Shown piece after piece: positions 19,236-26,745 of a stretch of DNA of 64,000 nt. The stretch's first letter is position 1, and each line of letters starts with the position of its first letter. The position numbers and the translations under genes are program-made. The notes under the pieces are model-generated. The model searched no databases. It was given only the letters and a program-made list of their open reading frames with translations, and was not told where the DNA came from. Origin of the DNA: an uncultured Candidatus Saccharibacteria bacterium (GTDB lineage Bacteria > Patescibacteriota > Saccharimonadia > Saccharimonadales > JBBQAJ01); NCBI GenBank assembly GCA_964593805.1, contig CAZQHP010000001.1, positions 581,283-645,282 on the forward strand, written 5' to 3'.

Positions 19236-20350
19236 GTTACTATTTCTGATAATCGGTTGGCTGACTCGGCTTTTTTGATTTCTTGGGCGACTCTTTGGCC
19301 GATGCTGATGTTTTCTCCATGCAGGTAGCCAGAGTAGGGCGTGAACTGCGTCCCGGGACTGCCGGGGATGCGCAGGCTGACGTCAAACACCAGTAGCTCT
19401 TCTGTGGGCGGGCCGGCGGTGATGGCACCCTGCAAGGCAAACGGGCCAATCATGCCGGGAGGATAGTGCTGTTTGACTGCTCCTACAAAGGCTTCCCCGG
19501 CCGCGAAAGCCTTTTCTAGCAAAGATTCTTTGATGGTTACAGCTTGGTGTCCATTTTCTATGTACTGAGGCCGAACGTGTTTGAGCACTTCTATTTGCTC
19601 CGGCGCGGTTAGGCGTAGCAAGCCGTCAATGTTGGTTTGGCGGCGGGTGTCCGTGCCCATTAGCTCCACTTCGCCGTCTAGCGGCGAGTAAAAATAATTC
19701 AGGTTCAGCTGCGGGCCGACCACGAATTCTTCAATCACGGCCGCTTGCAAAGACTCCGGGGTGATTACGCCTTGGTCAATCAATTTCTGGGAGGCTGCTT
19801 TGTATTCTTCATAGCTGCTGGCCAGGAAAAAGGCGCGTTCGTAGCCGCGAGATGCTTCGGCGGTTTTGACGATCACCAGCCGGTCAATTTCACTTGGCTG
19901 CTTGAACTGCTTGGGCAGTTTTATGCCGGCCTGTTCCAGCAAAAAGTATTGGTTTTTTTCTTCATTGCGTTCTTCTTTGCGCACTAGATGGCGATTGCCG
20001 AAAATCGGCACATTGAAATTATTTTCTACTTCGTTATAGTCGCAGTACACCCAAAAATACCGGCTATGAATAAAGATGACGTTGAGTTTGCGAAGTTGTT
20101 CCTGAATTTCAGGTTTGGTTACGTCCGCAAAACTATCTACCACAATCACATGGTCTACGCAGCCTTTGCCATCCCTAGTTTTGAAATGCTTGCTGTAAGT
20201 CGCTTCGCGGCCTTTTTGGGCCACCACGACGGTTTCAAAACCTTCGGCCTTGGCTCCGCGGCAGACATCCAGCGCGCTGTGGCCGCCCAGCGAGCCAATC
20301 CGCAGATTGGCCGTGTCGTAGCAGGCCAGAGTCTTTGCAACGTCAATCAC
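19232..20350 (-). CDS. PurP-family ATP-grasp protein, divergent paralog
   Basis: 372 aa collinear with archaeal PurP: [61 protein letters not shown]. Confidence 0.8.
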   Translation of the reverse strand: MIDVAKTLACYDTANLRIGSLGGHSALDVCRGAKAEGFETVVVAQKGREATYSKHFKTRDGKGCVDHVIVVDSFADVTKPEIQEQLRKLNVIFIHSRYFWVYCDYNEVENNFNVPIFGNRHLVRKEERNEEKNQYFLLEQAGIKLPKQFKQPSEIDRLVIVKTAEASRGYERAFFLASSYEEYKAASQKLIDQGVITPESLQAAVIEEFVVGPQLNLNYFYSPLDGEVELMGTDTRRQTNIDGLLRLTAPEQIEVLKHVRPQYIENGHQAVTIKESLLEKAFAAGEAFVGAVKQHYPPGMIGPFALQGAITAGPPTEELLVFDVSLRIPGSPGTQFTPYSGYLHGENISIGQRVAQEIKKAESANRLSEIVT

Positions 20351-21362
20351 TCAGCACCTCGTCCAGCCTGTCTTGTTCTATAGCTATTTTGATTTCCCGA
20401 GCCACCCGGCGGCCGGTGCTCATAGGTTCGTCGTAGCGCAGGTCGGTGTAGGGAGAACCTTTGACATACGGGTTAGTGCCAGCCACAATCCGGGCGGAGA
20501 TTTCAAACACGTAAAATTCCAGTTCCGGCGTAACAATAGTCTCCAAGCAAAAGGGGCCAAACAGGCCCCTTGGTTCAAGTTCTTGCGAAGTCTTAATCAC
20601 TGCTTCGCCCATGGCAAACATTTTGGGTAGCAAAGATTCGCGGACAACTACCGTGAGGTTGCCCATGATGTTATAAGAAGACTCGATGTTCAAATCCAGC
20701 TGGTCTTTGGCGCCAATCCGGCCTATTGAGTCCACGTTGGTTTCATAACGCCTATCCAGGCTCATAATTTCCAGCTCTTTGGTGAGCGGCGAGTAGAAAT
20801 AGTGTATATACAGCGGCGCGCCCACGATGTACTGCTGGATTATGTAGCGTTTGTTGGGGTGTTCTTTGATTTTGCGCCTAAAATCTTCTGGGGTGCTGGC
20901 CAGAAAATAGCCTTTGCCGCCTTTGGCGCCAAAAAACTTGATGATGACCGGACCGTCTATGTCTTCAGCTTTTTCATAAATCCTAGGGACGGTCAGACCG
21001 GCTTTGCCCAGCCAATCGCGCTGCTTGGTACGGTCTTCTTCCCAGGCCAGAATCCGCTTGTTGCCAAAGTATTTTACTTTTGATTTATTGAGCGCATCAA
21101 GCCCAAAAGCGTCAAAAAATGAACCGTGCGGGATGAGGATAACGTTTTGCTCAATCATCTTTTGCTCGTGCTTGATGATGTCGGGGTAAGCATTCAGGTC
21201 AACAATTTCATCCGCCACCTTGTAGGATTCGTATGGCTGGGCCGTGCCTTTAAGGCAATAGACCACGTTTGCAAAGCCTTCATCGCGCGCGCCTTTCAGA
21301 ATTTGCAGCGCCGAATGGCTGCCTAGGGTGCCAATTTTGAAATTTTTTATACTTTTTTTCAT
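20343..21362 (-). CDS. purP: 5-formaminoimidazole-4-carboxamide ribonucleotide (FAICAR) synthetase, archaeal type
   Basis: 339 aa aligning end to end with M. jannaschii PurP from memory: IGTLGSHSALQILKGARDEGF, IPHGSF, FGNKRILAWEEDR, HYFYSPL, RESLLPKMF, GPFCLE, GRRVAREIK. Confidence 0.9.
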   Translation of the reverse strand: MKKSIKNFKIGTLGSHSALQILKGARDEGFANVVYCLKGTAQPYESYKVADEIVDLNAYPDIIKHEQKMIEQNVILIPHGSFFDAFGLDALNKSKVKYFGNKRILAWEEDRTKQRDWLGKAGLTVPRIYEKAEDIDGPVIIKFFGAKGGKGYFLASTPEDFRRKIKEHPNKRYIIQQYIVGAPLYIHYFYSPLTKELEIMSLDRRYETNVDSIGRIGAKDQLDLNIESSYNIMGNLTVVVRESLLPKMFAMGEAVIKTSQELEPRGLFGPFCLETIVTPELEFYVFEISARIVAGTNPYVKGSPYTDLRYDEPMSTGRRVAREIKIAIEQDRLDEVLSD

Positions 21363-21403
21363 GCGCTTCTTTCTTCTAGGCTATGAATTTGAGCCAGATA
21401 TAT

Positions 21404-21421
21404 CAGGTGATTATACACCTG
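21404..21421. promoter_or_regulatory. Perfect palindrome arms CAGGTG-N6-CACCTG bracketing the purP -10 box
   Basis: Plus strand reads CAGGTG ATTATA CACCTG. The central hexamer is TATAAT on the minus strand, ~48 nt upstream of purP ATG 21362. GATATATC palindrome is adjacent (21396-21403). Confidence 0.5.
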
Positions 21422-21581
21422 TAGCTGGCCGGGGGCAAAATCCTGTGCAGACACTTGCAAGTTTGCCCGCATGTCTCATAATGGATGTAGCTAAAAGGAG
21501 GCAGGCCATCCAGACACGTTGGCCGATTTTGACACCATGATTACCAAAACATTGAAATTTAGCTTGTAGGCTTTTGAGACC

Positions 21582-22310
21582 ATGCCGGACAAGACTTACG
21601 ATTTTACAGGGCTCAGGGCAATCTTTTTTAATGGCACGTTGGCTAAGTCTCCCGAACCAAGCCATACGGATTTGCTTATAAATATCAGCCAGAGCATCAT
21701 GGAAAAACACGGCATCAGTGTAGAGGTAATCCGCACCATAGACCACGACATTGCCACCGGCGTATATCCGGACATGCGCGAACACGGCGCCAAGGCCGAC
21801 GAGTGGCCCGAAATCTACAAACGGGTTGAAGCCGCCAACATATTGGTGCTGGCGGGGCCAATTTGGTTGGGCGACAACAGTTCCATGACCAAAAAAATTA
21901 TTGAACGGCTCTATGCTTGTTCGGCACTGTTAAACAAAGCCGGCCAATACGCTTACTACGGCAAAGTTGGCGGTTCGCTGATTACCGGCAACGAAGACGG
22001 CATAAAACACTGCACCATGAACACGCTCTACAGCTTGCAACATTTAGGCTGCGTTATTCCACCCCAAGCCGATGCCGGCTGGATAGGCGAGGTTGGTCCC
22101 GGCCCAAGCTACGGCGACAAAATGCCAGACGGCAAGCGTGCCGGTGTGGACAGCGACTTCACCAACCGCAACACTACGTTCATGACCTGGAACCTCATGC
22201 ATCTGGCCAAAATGCTGCAAGACGCTGGCGGCATACCGGCGCACGGCAATCAGCGCAGCAAATGGGACGCCGGCGCCCGTTTTGACTTCCAAAACCCCGA
22301 ATACCGCTAG
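21582..22310 (+). CDS. Flavodoxin-like NAD(P)H-dependent FMN reductase family protein
   Basis: 242 aa; LRAIFFNGTLAKSP, ANILVLAGPIWLGDNSS, ITGNEDG typical of flavodoxin-fold reductases. Confidence 0.7.
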   Translation: MPDKTYDFTGLRAIFFNGTLAKSPEPSHTDLLINISQSIMEKHGISVEVIRTIDHDIATGVYPDMREHGAKADEWPEIYKRVEAANILVLAGPIWLGDNSSMTKKIIERLYACSALLNKAGQYAYYGKVGGSLITGNEDGIKHCTMNTLYSLQHLGCVIPPQADAGWIGEVGPGPSYGDKMPDGKRAGVDSDFTNRNTTFMTWNLMHLAKMLQDAGGIPAHGNQRSKWDAGARFDFQNPEYR

Positions 22311-22349
22311 GAATTGCCACTTAGTGTGTTAAGTGGTATAATTAGCACA

Positions 22350-22868
22350 ATGAGTGAGTCAGTTTCAGATATACGGCGAGTGGCAATTGACTTGTCTGCC
22401 GAACACATCCCAGAATTGATGGGCGTCCTTGGAGGATTTGTTGCATCACACAACCTTAGAATTGAATTTGGTAGTCCTGAGCCTATGAATAAACAAGAAA
22501 CTCTCTATAATCCTGAGCTTGTTGATTGGCTCGTGGATCCAGCTAGTGGCGTGGAAGTTGCGGTTGTTACAAAACATAGTCTTAAAGCGTTTGAGAGAAA
22601 GCTGGTGGCAGAAAACCCCAGCAAACACCCAACACCAGTGAAAGCAGAACGAATTTTTAACGCAACGACCAGATTGGCCATGCAGCAAGACAGAGTGGTT
22701 CTTCCGTTTGCGGTGATGGCTGATAACACCATGGTTGGATTGCGAGCAGATAGCTTGCAGCGGTTTGCTGAAGGACTTGCAACTGAATCAATCGATATTA
22801 TAAATCTTGGTGTAAAAGCCGGCGAATTTTTACTTGATGTCTGCAAAGAACTTACAGTAAGCAAGTAA
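22350..22868 (+). CDS. Hypothetical protein
   Basis: ATG 22350 is 7 nt after TGGTATAAT (22334-22342); the track begins at TTG 22314. No recognisable motif. Confidence 0.5.
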   Translation: MSESVSDIRRVAIDLSAEHIPELMGVLGGFVASHNLRIEFGSPEPMNKQETLYNPELVDWLVDPASGVEVAVVTKHSLKAFERKLVAENPSKHPTPVKAERIFNATTRLAMQQDRVVLPFAVMADNTMVGLRADSLQRFAEGLATESIDIINLGVKAGEFLLDVCKELTVSK

Positions 22869-22869
22869 T

Positions 22870-24102
22870 CTAGGTGCGGCGGAGGGCTTCGATGGGGTCT
22901 TTGCGGGCGGCTTTTAGAGCGGGGGTGATGCCGAAGAAAACGCCAACGGCTAGTGCTACCAGCACGGCCACGCCCATGATGGGCAGGGTAATTACTGGCT
23001 GGAGCGGCGTGAAAATCCGCAGCAGATAGTTGACCAGCAGCGATGCCAAAACGCCAAGAATTCCGCCGGTGCCGCTCAACACAACGGCCTCTATCAAAAA
23101 CTGATTCAAAATCTGCTGGTTGGTGGCGCCAACGCTTTTGCGAATGCCGATTTCGTGCGTCCGTTCGCTGACCGCCACCAGCATGATGTTCATGATGCCG
23201 ATGCCGCCAACAAACAACGAAATACCGGCTATGGCGCTAACCAAGCTAGTTAGCAGATTGAGCGCGGAGCCCGCGAGTTCTATGTTGTCTTGCGCTTGCA
23301 GTACGGTAAAGTCCGTCTGCCCGCCGTGCGCGGCGGTGAGTGCGCTAGTCAGCTTGTCGGCAGTTTGAGCCACGGACTGGCCTTTGGCGGGACGAACCAG
23401 GATTTGATACGGCTGCAGGGAACCGCCAGCCAGCTGCTTGGCGTAGGTGTAGGGAATAAAAATGGCATTGTTGTAGTCCACGCCCGGCGTCAGGGGGCTG
23501 GCTTCAAATTCTTGGAAAATTCCGCGCACCGTCAGTTTTTGGCCCCTCAGCTCAAAAGACTTGCCAATAGGTACGTTTTCTTTAAACAAATCCTCCGCCA
23601 CACGCTTGCCAATCACCGCCACCGGGCTGTCGTTGTCGCGCTCCTCAAAAAAAGCACCGTAAATCACATTCTGGTTCAAGGCCTGGGCGCCCTGATTGTT
23701 GGTAGCAACAATTGAAGCCCCTGAACCCCGCTGGCCATCGCTAGACTTGGGCACCCCGGGAACAGCCGCGAACGGAGCAACCACTGACAAATCAGGGATT
23801 TTCTGAACAGTTTGGTAGTCAGCGTCGCTCAAGTTTACGCCCGCAAACAGGTCCAGTAGATTTACTTTGGCAATTTTTCCGCTTGAGTCGCGAGTAGCAA
23901 GCCGGCCGCCGCGGATAGTGATTAGGTCGGCGCCGGCGTGTTTGATCTGGCCGGTCAGCTGGTGTTTGACGCCTTCGCCCAGCGAAACTATTGTCACCAC
24001 GCTCGTCACGCCGATGATTACTCCCAGCATGGTCAAAAAACTGCGCCACCTGGCCGCACCAATAGCCGCCAAAGCCATCTGAAAGTTATTATTAGAACTC
24101 AT
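22870..24102 (-). CDS. ABC transporter permease, MacB/FtsX type
   Basis: 410 aa; N-terminal TM, large periplasmic-type domain, C-terminal 3-TM FtsX block (ERTHEIGIRKSVGAT). Confidence 0.85.
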   Translation of the reverse strand: MSSNNNFQMALAAIGAARWRSFLTMLGVIIGVTSVVTIVSLGEGVKHQLTGQIKHAGADLITIRGGRLATRDSSGKIAKVNLLDLFAGVNLSDADYQTVQKIPDLSVVAPFAAVPGVPKSSDGQRGSGASIVATNNQGAQALNQNVIYGAFFEERDNDSPVAVIGKRVAEDLFKENVPIGKSFELRGQKLTVRGIFQEFEASPLTPGVDYNNAIFIPYTYAKQLAGGSLQPYQILVRPAKGQSVAQTADKLTSALTAAHGGQTDFTVLQAQDNIELAGSALNLLTSLVSAIAGISLFVGGIGIMNIMLVAVSERTHEIGIRKSVGATNQQILNQFLIEAVVLSGTGGILGVLASLLVNYLLRIFTPLQPVITLPIMGVAVLVALAVGVFFGITPALKAARKDPIEALRRT

Positions 24103-24109
24103 ACTAAAC

Positions 24110-24997
24110 TCATTTCTTTTTCCCGGTCTTTTTTGTTTTGGATTTGTAGGTTTTGCGGGCGGCGCGGCGTTTTTTGGCTGGTTTGGGGTGCGGTTCTACC
24201 GGCGTCTCGGAAGTACCCGCCTCCATCAGCGCCGAAACGCCGGCCAGGTCGTCTTCTACGGTCTTTTTGGGGATAAAGTAAGCCCGGCGCTTTATGGTTG
24301 CCGGCAATTCGCCCACTACGGAAAGTTCGTCGTTCACAATCGCGCCGTCGCGCATAAAAACCACGCGGGTGGCATAGCGGGTAAGTTCCGGGTTGTGCGT
24401 AACCATCATAATCGTGCTGCCGGACTGGTGGATTTCGCTCAGAAGTTCCATGACCAGCCGCGAAGAAGCGCTGTCTAGGTTGCCGGTCGGTTCGTCGGCG
24501 ATGATGATGCTTGGGTTATTGACCAGCGCGCGGGCAATTGCCACGCGCTGGGCCTGGCCGCCGCTGAGCTGATGCGGGTAGAAATACTCTCTGTCGGCCA
24601 GCCCAACCCGCTCCAGCACATAGCCGGCTTGTTTGAGCCGCCGGGTGCGCAGCACGCCTTTGTAGGCCAGGGGCAAAGCCACGTTTTCCAGCACTGAAGC
24701 GTTTGGTAGCAAGTTGAAAGACTGGAACACAAAGCCTATGGTGTCCCGCCGAGACCGTGCCCGCTGAGCGTGGCGCAGCCGCGAAACATGCCGGTCGCCC
24801 AACTTATACGTGCCGTGCGTAGGCCGGTCTAGCAAGCCAATCATATTCATGAGAGTTGATTTGCCGGAACCGCTGGGCCCCATGACCGCCACGAATTCGC
24901 CCGGCTCCACGGTCAAAGTAACTTCGTCCAGCGCCACGGTGGTGGCGTCGCCGAAGCCGTACAGTTTACTAACGTCTTGTAATTCAATAACTGGCAT
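24110..24997 (-). CDS. ABC transporter ATP-binding protein (MacB/LolD-like) with Lys-rich C-terminal tail
   Basis: Walker A GPSGSGKST, signature LSGGQAQRV, Walker B IIIADEPTGNLD; tail ...PKPAKKRRAARKTYKSKTKKTGKKK. ATG 24997 (MPVIELQDVSK) preferred. Confidence 0.9.
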   Translation of the reverse strand: MPVIELQDVSKLYGFGDATTVALDEVTLTVEPGEFVAVMGPSGSGKSTLMNMIGLLDRPTHGTYKLGDRHVSRLRHAQRARSRRDTIGFVFQSFNLLPNASVLENVALPLAYKGVLRTRRLKQAGYVLERVGLADREYFYPHQLSGGQAQRVAIARALVNNPSIIIADEPTGNLDSASSRLVMELLSEIHQSGSTIMMVTHNPELTRYATRVVFMRDGAIVNDELSVVGELPATIKRRAYFIPKKTVEDDLAGVSALMEAGTSETPVEPHPKPAKKRRAARKTYKSKTKKTGKKK

Positions 24998-25134
24998 ATG
25001 CGTCCATGTAGTGTACCCCGCGGGCATCATCCGGTTCAAGGAGTTATTTGTGAATTTTAAAAATATGGTCCTGCGCCAACAGCTTATTATTTTCACAATT
25101 TGCTTTTTTGAATTTGAAGTTTATAATATAAATT

Positions 25135-25641
25135 ATGAAAAAAGGCAAGGTGCCGGTTATAGTAGTTTCGTCCGACGACAGGTCGGGCTCGATTGAATTA
25201 CAGAAAATGATTCGACTGGCGAGTGAAGCGATTGCTCCTATTTTTGATTATTTTCAGCCCGACGCACAGGAATTTCACGCTGGCGTGTTTGATGGGGCTA
25301 GCGCTGGCATGACGCATAACCAGAGGGCTTGCATTGCCTCCGGAAGAATTATGCTTGAAGAAACTGTTGGGAGAATCAAGACGGTTGCTGTGGATAAAGC
25401 ACTGCGGGGCGCCAATCTGGGTTCAATCATCGTATCTGCATTAGAGGGCGTGGCTTCCGAAAGAGGCATATCTGATTTGGTTGTCGTTGAGCCGCTGCCA
25501 GGCGCCGTGGGCTTTTTTGAAGCGCTCGGCTACACCCCCCAATATTCTAGTAGCGGCAACCGGGTTGACCGCATGACAAAAACGCTTGACGCTTCAGCTG
25601 TGCCATTGCACGCGGTAAAATTAAGCGGCCAGTCAACCTAG
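25135..25641 (+). CDS. GNAT family N-acetyltransferase
   Basis: VAVDKALRGANLGSIIVSALE (acetyl-CoA loop R-x-x-G-x-G/A-like) and FFEALGY. Confidence 0.7.
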   Translation: MKKGKVPVIVVSSDDRSGSIELQKMIRLASEAIAPIFDYFQPDAQEFHAGVFDGASAGMTHNQRACIASGRIMLEETVGRIKTVAVDKALRGANLGSIIVSALEGVASERGISDLVVVEPLPGAVGFFEALGYTPQYSSSGNRVDRMTKTLDASAVPLHAVKLSGQST

Positions 25642-25673
25642 TCCAGCCTGAAGTGCTAGAATTAATTGGTCGT

Positions 25674-25709
25674 GGAGAGGTGGCCGAGTGGCTTAAGGCG
25701 CAGTCTTGG
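25674..25709 (+). pseudogene. Orphan 5' half of a tRNA-Ser, truncated inside the anticodon loop
   Basis: GGAGAGGTGGCCGAGTGGCTTAAGGCGCAGTCTTGG matches the first 36 nt of the intact tRNA-Ser (26011) at 28/36 positions. No complementary anticodon stem, T-arm or acceptor follows. Confidence 0.6.
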
Positions 25710-25764
25710 CCACCGCCTAAAGGCGGGGTCCCGCCATAGGCGGGAAAAGGCGTATATTGTAAAT

Positions 25765-26010
25765 ATGTTTTACGTTTATGTTATCCAGAGCATTCCGAAA
25801 GGCCGTTATTATATAGGCAGTACGAAAAAGGTAGACGCGCGGCTTAAAAGTCATAATAGTGGTGCGAACAGATCAACAAAGCCATATCGTCCATGGAGAA
25901 TTGTGCACACCGAAGAATTGCCGGATAAAACATCGGCGCTTATTCGTGAGCTGCAGATAAAATCCTATAAAGGTGGTCGTGCGTTTAAAGCATTGATACA
26001 ATCTTCATAG
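25765..26010 (+). CDS. GIY-YIG nuclease superfamily protein (YhbQ/UPF0213-like, URI domain)
   Basis: 81 aa; FYVYVIQS...GRYYIGST..V.ARLKSHNSG...YRPWRIVHTEE...ALIRELQIK. ATG is 6 nt after TATATT. The upstream part of the track ORF is tRNA-fragment read-through. Confidence 0.85.
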   Translation: MFYVYVIQSIPKGRYYIGSTKKVDARLKSHNSGANRSTKPYRPWRIVHTEELPDKTSALIRELQIKSYKGGRAFKALIQSS

Positions 26011-26102
26011 GGAAGAGTGTCCGAGTGGCTGAAGGAGCACGCTTGGAAAGCGTGTATGCGTCGCAAGACGTATCGCGGGTTCGAATCCCGCCTCTTCCGC
26101 CA
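26011..26102 (+). tRNA. tRNA-Ser (anticodon GGA), class II, CCA encoded
   Basis: Acceptor GGAAGAG/CTCTTCC, D-arm, anticodon arm CACGC-TTGGAAA-GCGTG, long variable arm, T-arm GCGGGTTCGAATCCCGC. Confidence 0.9.
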
Positions 26103-26133
26103 GATGTGGTTCTTTCGAACTCAACAGAGGTAG

Positions 26134-26157
26134 GGACCTGGTCAATCGACCAGGTCC
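26134..26157 (+). terminator. 10-bp GC hairpin downstream of tRNA-Ser (possible terminator)
   Basis: GGACCTGGTC-AATC-GACCAGGTCC followed by TCTTCGTT. The T tract is weak. Confidence 0.4.
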
Positions 26158-26645
26158 TCTTCGTTGGTAGGCGGAGCTGGTACTTCCTCCATGATCGTGG
26201 TTCCTCGTTTACATACCCATTGACGCGCCGAAGGCGCGCTACTTCAACCCACTAGGCCGCTTGTCCAAGCGGCGAGGCCGGTGCTGACCGGAGGTAGATG
26301 TCGGAGATCGTGTTGTCGATTCCACGGCATCCCCTACAACTACACCTACCCGCCATCACCAGGTCAGTCCATCTTCTCCAGCGCGGTCGCTGCTGACATT
26401 CTCAGTCAGACCTCGAACAGCCCACTCCTATCGGGCATCAACATCCAGCAGAGCTCGTGTGGGGAACCGCCATCGGACGTCTCGATTGCCGAGAGTGGGG
26501 CTGCTGACATCGGGCCCGATCGCTTCTACGTCGGTCTGCGCGGCCAATGGTACCGGTACTACGGCGAGAGCACGTACCGCACCTGGACGATCTCGAGCCC
26601 CGCGCTTCGTGGGAGTCAGTTCCACCAGCCGGCTGAACGGTTGTG

Positions 26646-26678
26646 GCGGGTTCGAAAGGTGGAGCAGGCTCTCCGCCA
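26646..26678 (+). repeat. Degenerate direct repeat of the tRNA-Ser 3' end
   Basis: GCGGGTTCGAA is an exact 11-mer shared with the tRNA T-arm. Then CTC-TCCGCCAG versus CTCTTCCGCCAG. The T-stem 3' strand is replaced. Confidence 0.55.
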
Positions 26679-26745
26679 GGTGCTCACCATTCGATCTTGA
26701 GCCTCATGGTCGAAAGATGACAAGTCATTTCCTGGAACAAGCCGC

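Larger units (their letters stand above)
26103..26745 (+). mobile_element. Compositionally foreign high-GC segment; possible remnant of a tRNA-targeted integrative element
   Basis: G+C is 34-40 per 60-nt line versus 25-27 in flanking genes. The plus frame open over 26224-26700 has 73/95 codons ending in G/C (26326-26610). It ends near a decayed tRNA 3' repeat. No integrase is present. Confidence 0.4.

Noticed and set aside
21328-21540. 70-aa ORF and the AAGGAGG at 21495-21501 in the purP/flavodoxin intergenic region.
   Set aside because: The ORF starts inside purP antisense sequence. No canonical start codon follows the SD-like run at a proper distance (ATC only). The region is likely noncoding promoter or leader DNA.
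25666-25764. N-terminal extension of the GIY-YIG track ORF (MVVERWPSGLRRSLGHRLKAG...).
   Set aside because: It is read-through of the tRNA-Ser 5' fragment and the GC hairpins. The GIY-YIG domain begins at ATG 25765, which has its own -10 box.
25674-26102. Idea that 25674-26102 is one tRNA-Ser interrupted by a group I intron carrying a GIY-YIG homing endonuclease.
   Set aside because: The downstream tRNA (26011-26102) is complete on its own, and its acceptor (GGAAGAG/CTCTTCC) does not pair with the orphan half (GGAGAGG). No 3' exon directly follows the ORF. I saw no recognisable group I core elements.
26103-26745. Whether the 642-nt gap encodes tmRNA, RNase P RNA or SRP RNA.
   Set aside because: I found no GGGGCUGA-type 5' end with a tag ORF and CCA-terminated Ala-like acceptor. 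I found no GAGGAAAGUCC-type RNase P core and no SRP domain IV GGAA motif. The T-arm-like piece is degenerate, and the codon-position GC skew argues for protein-coding ancestry.
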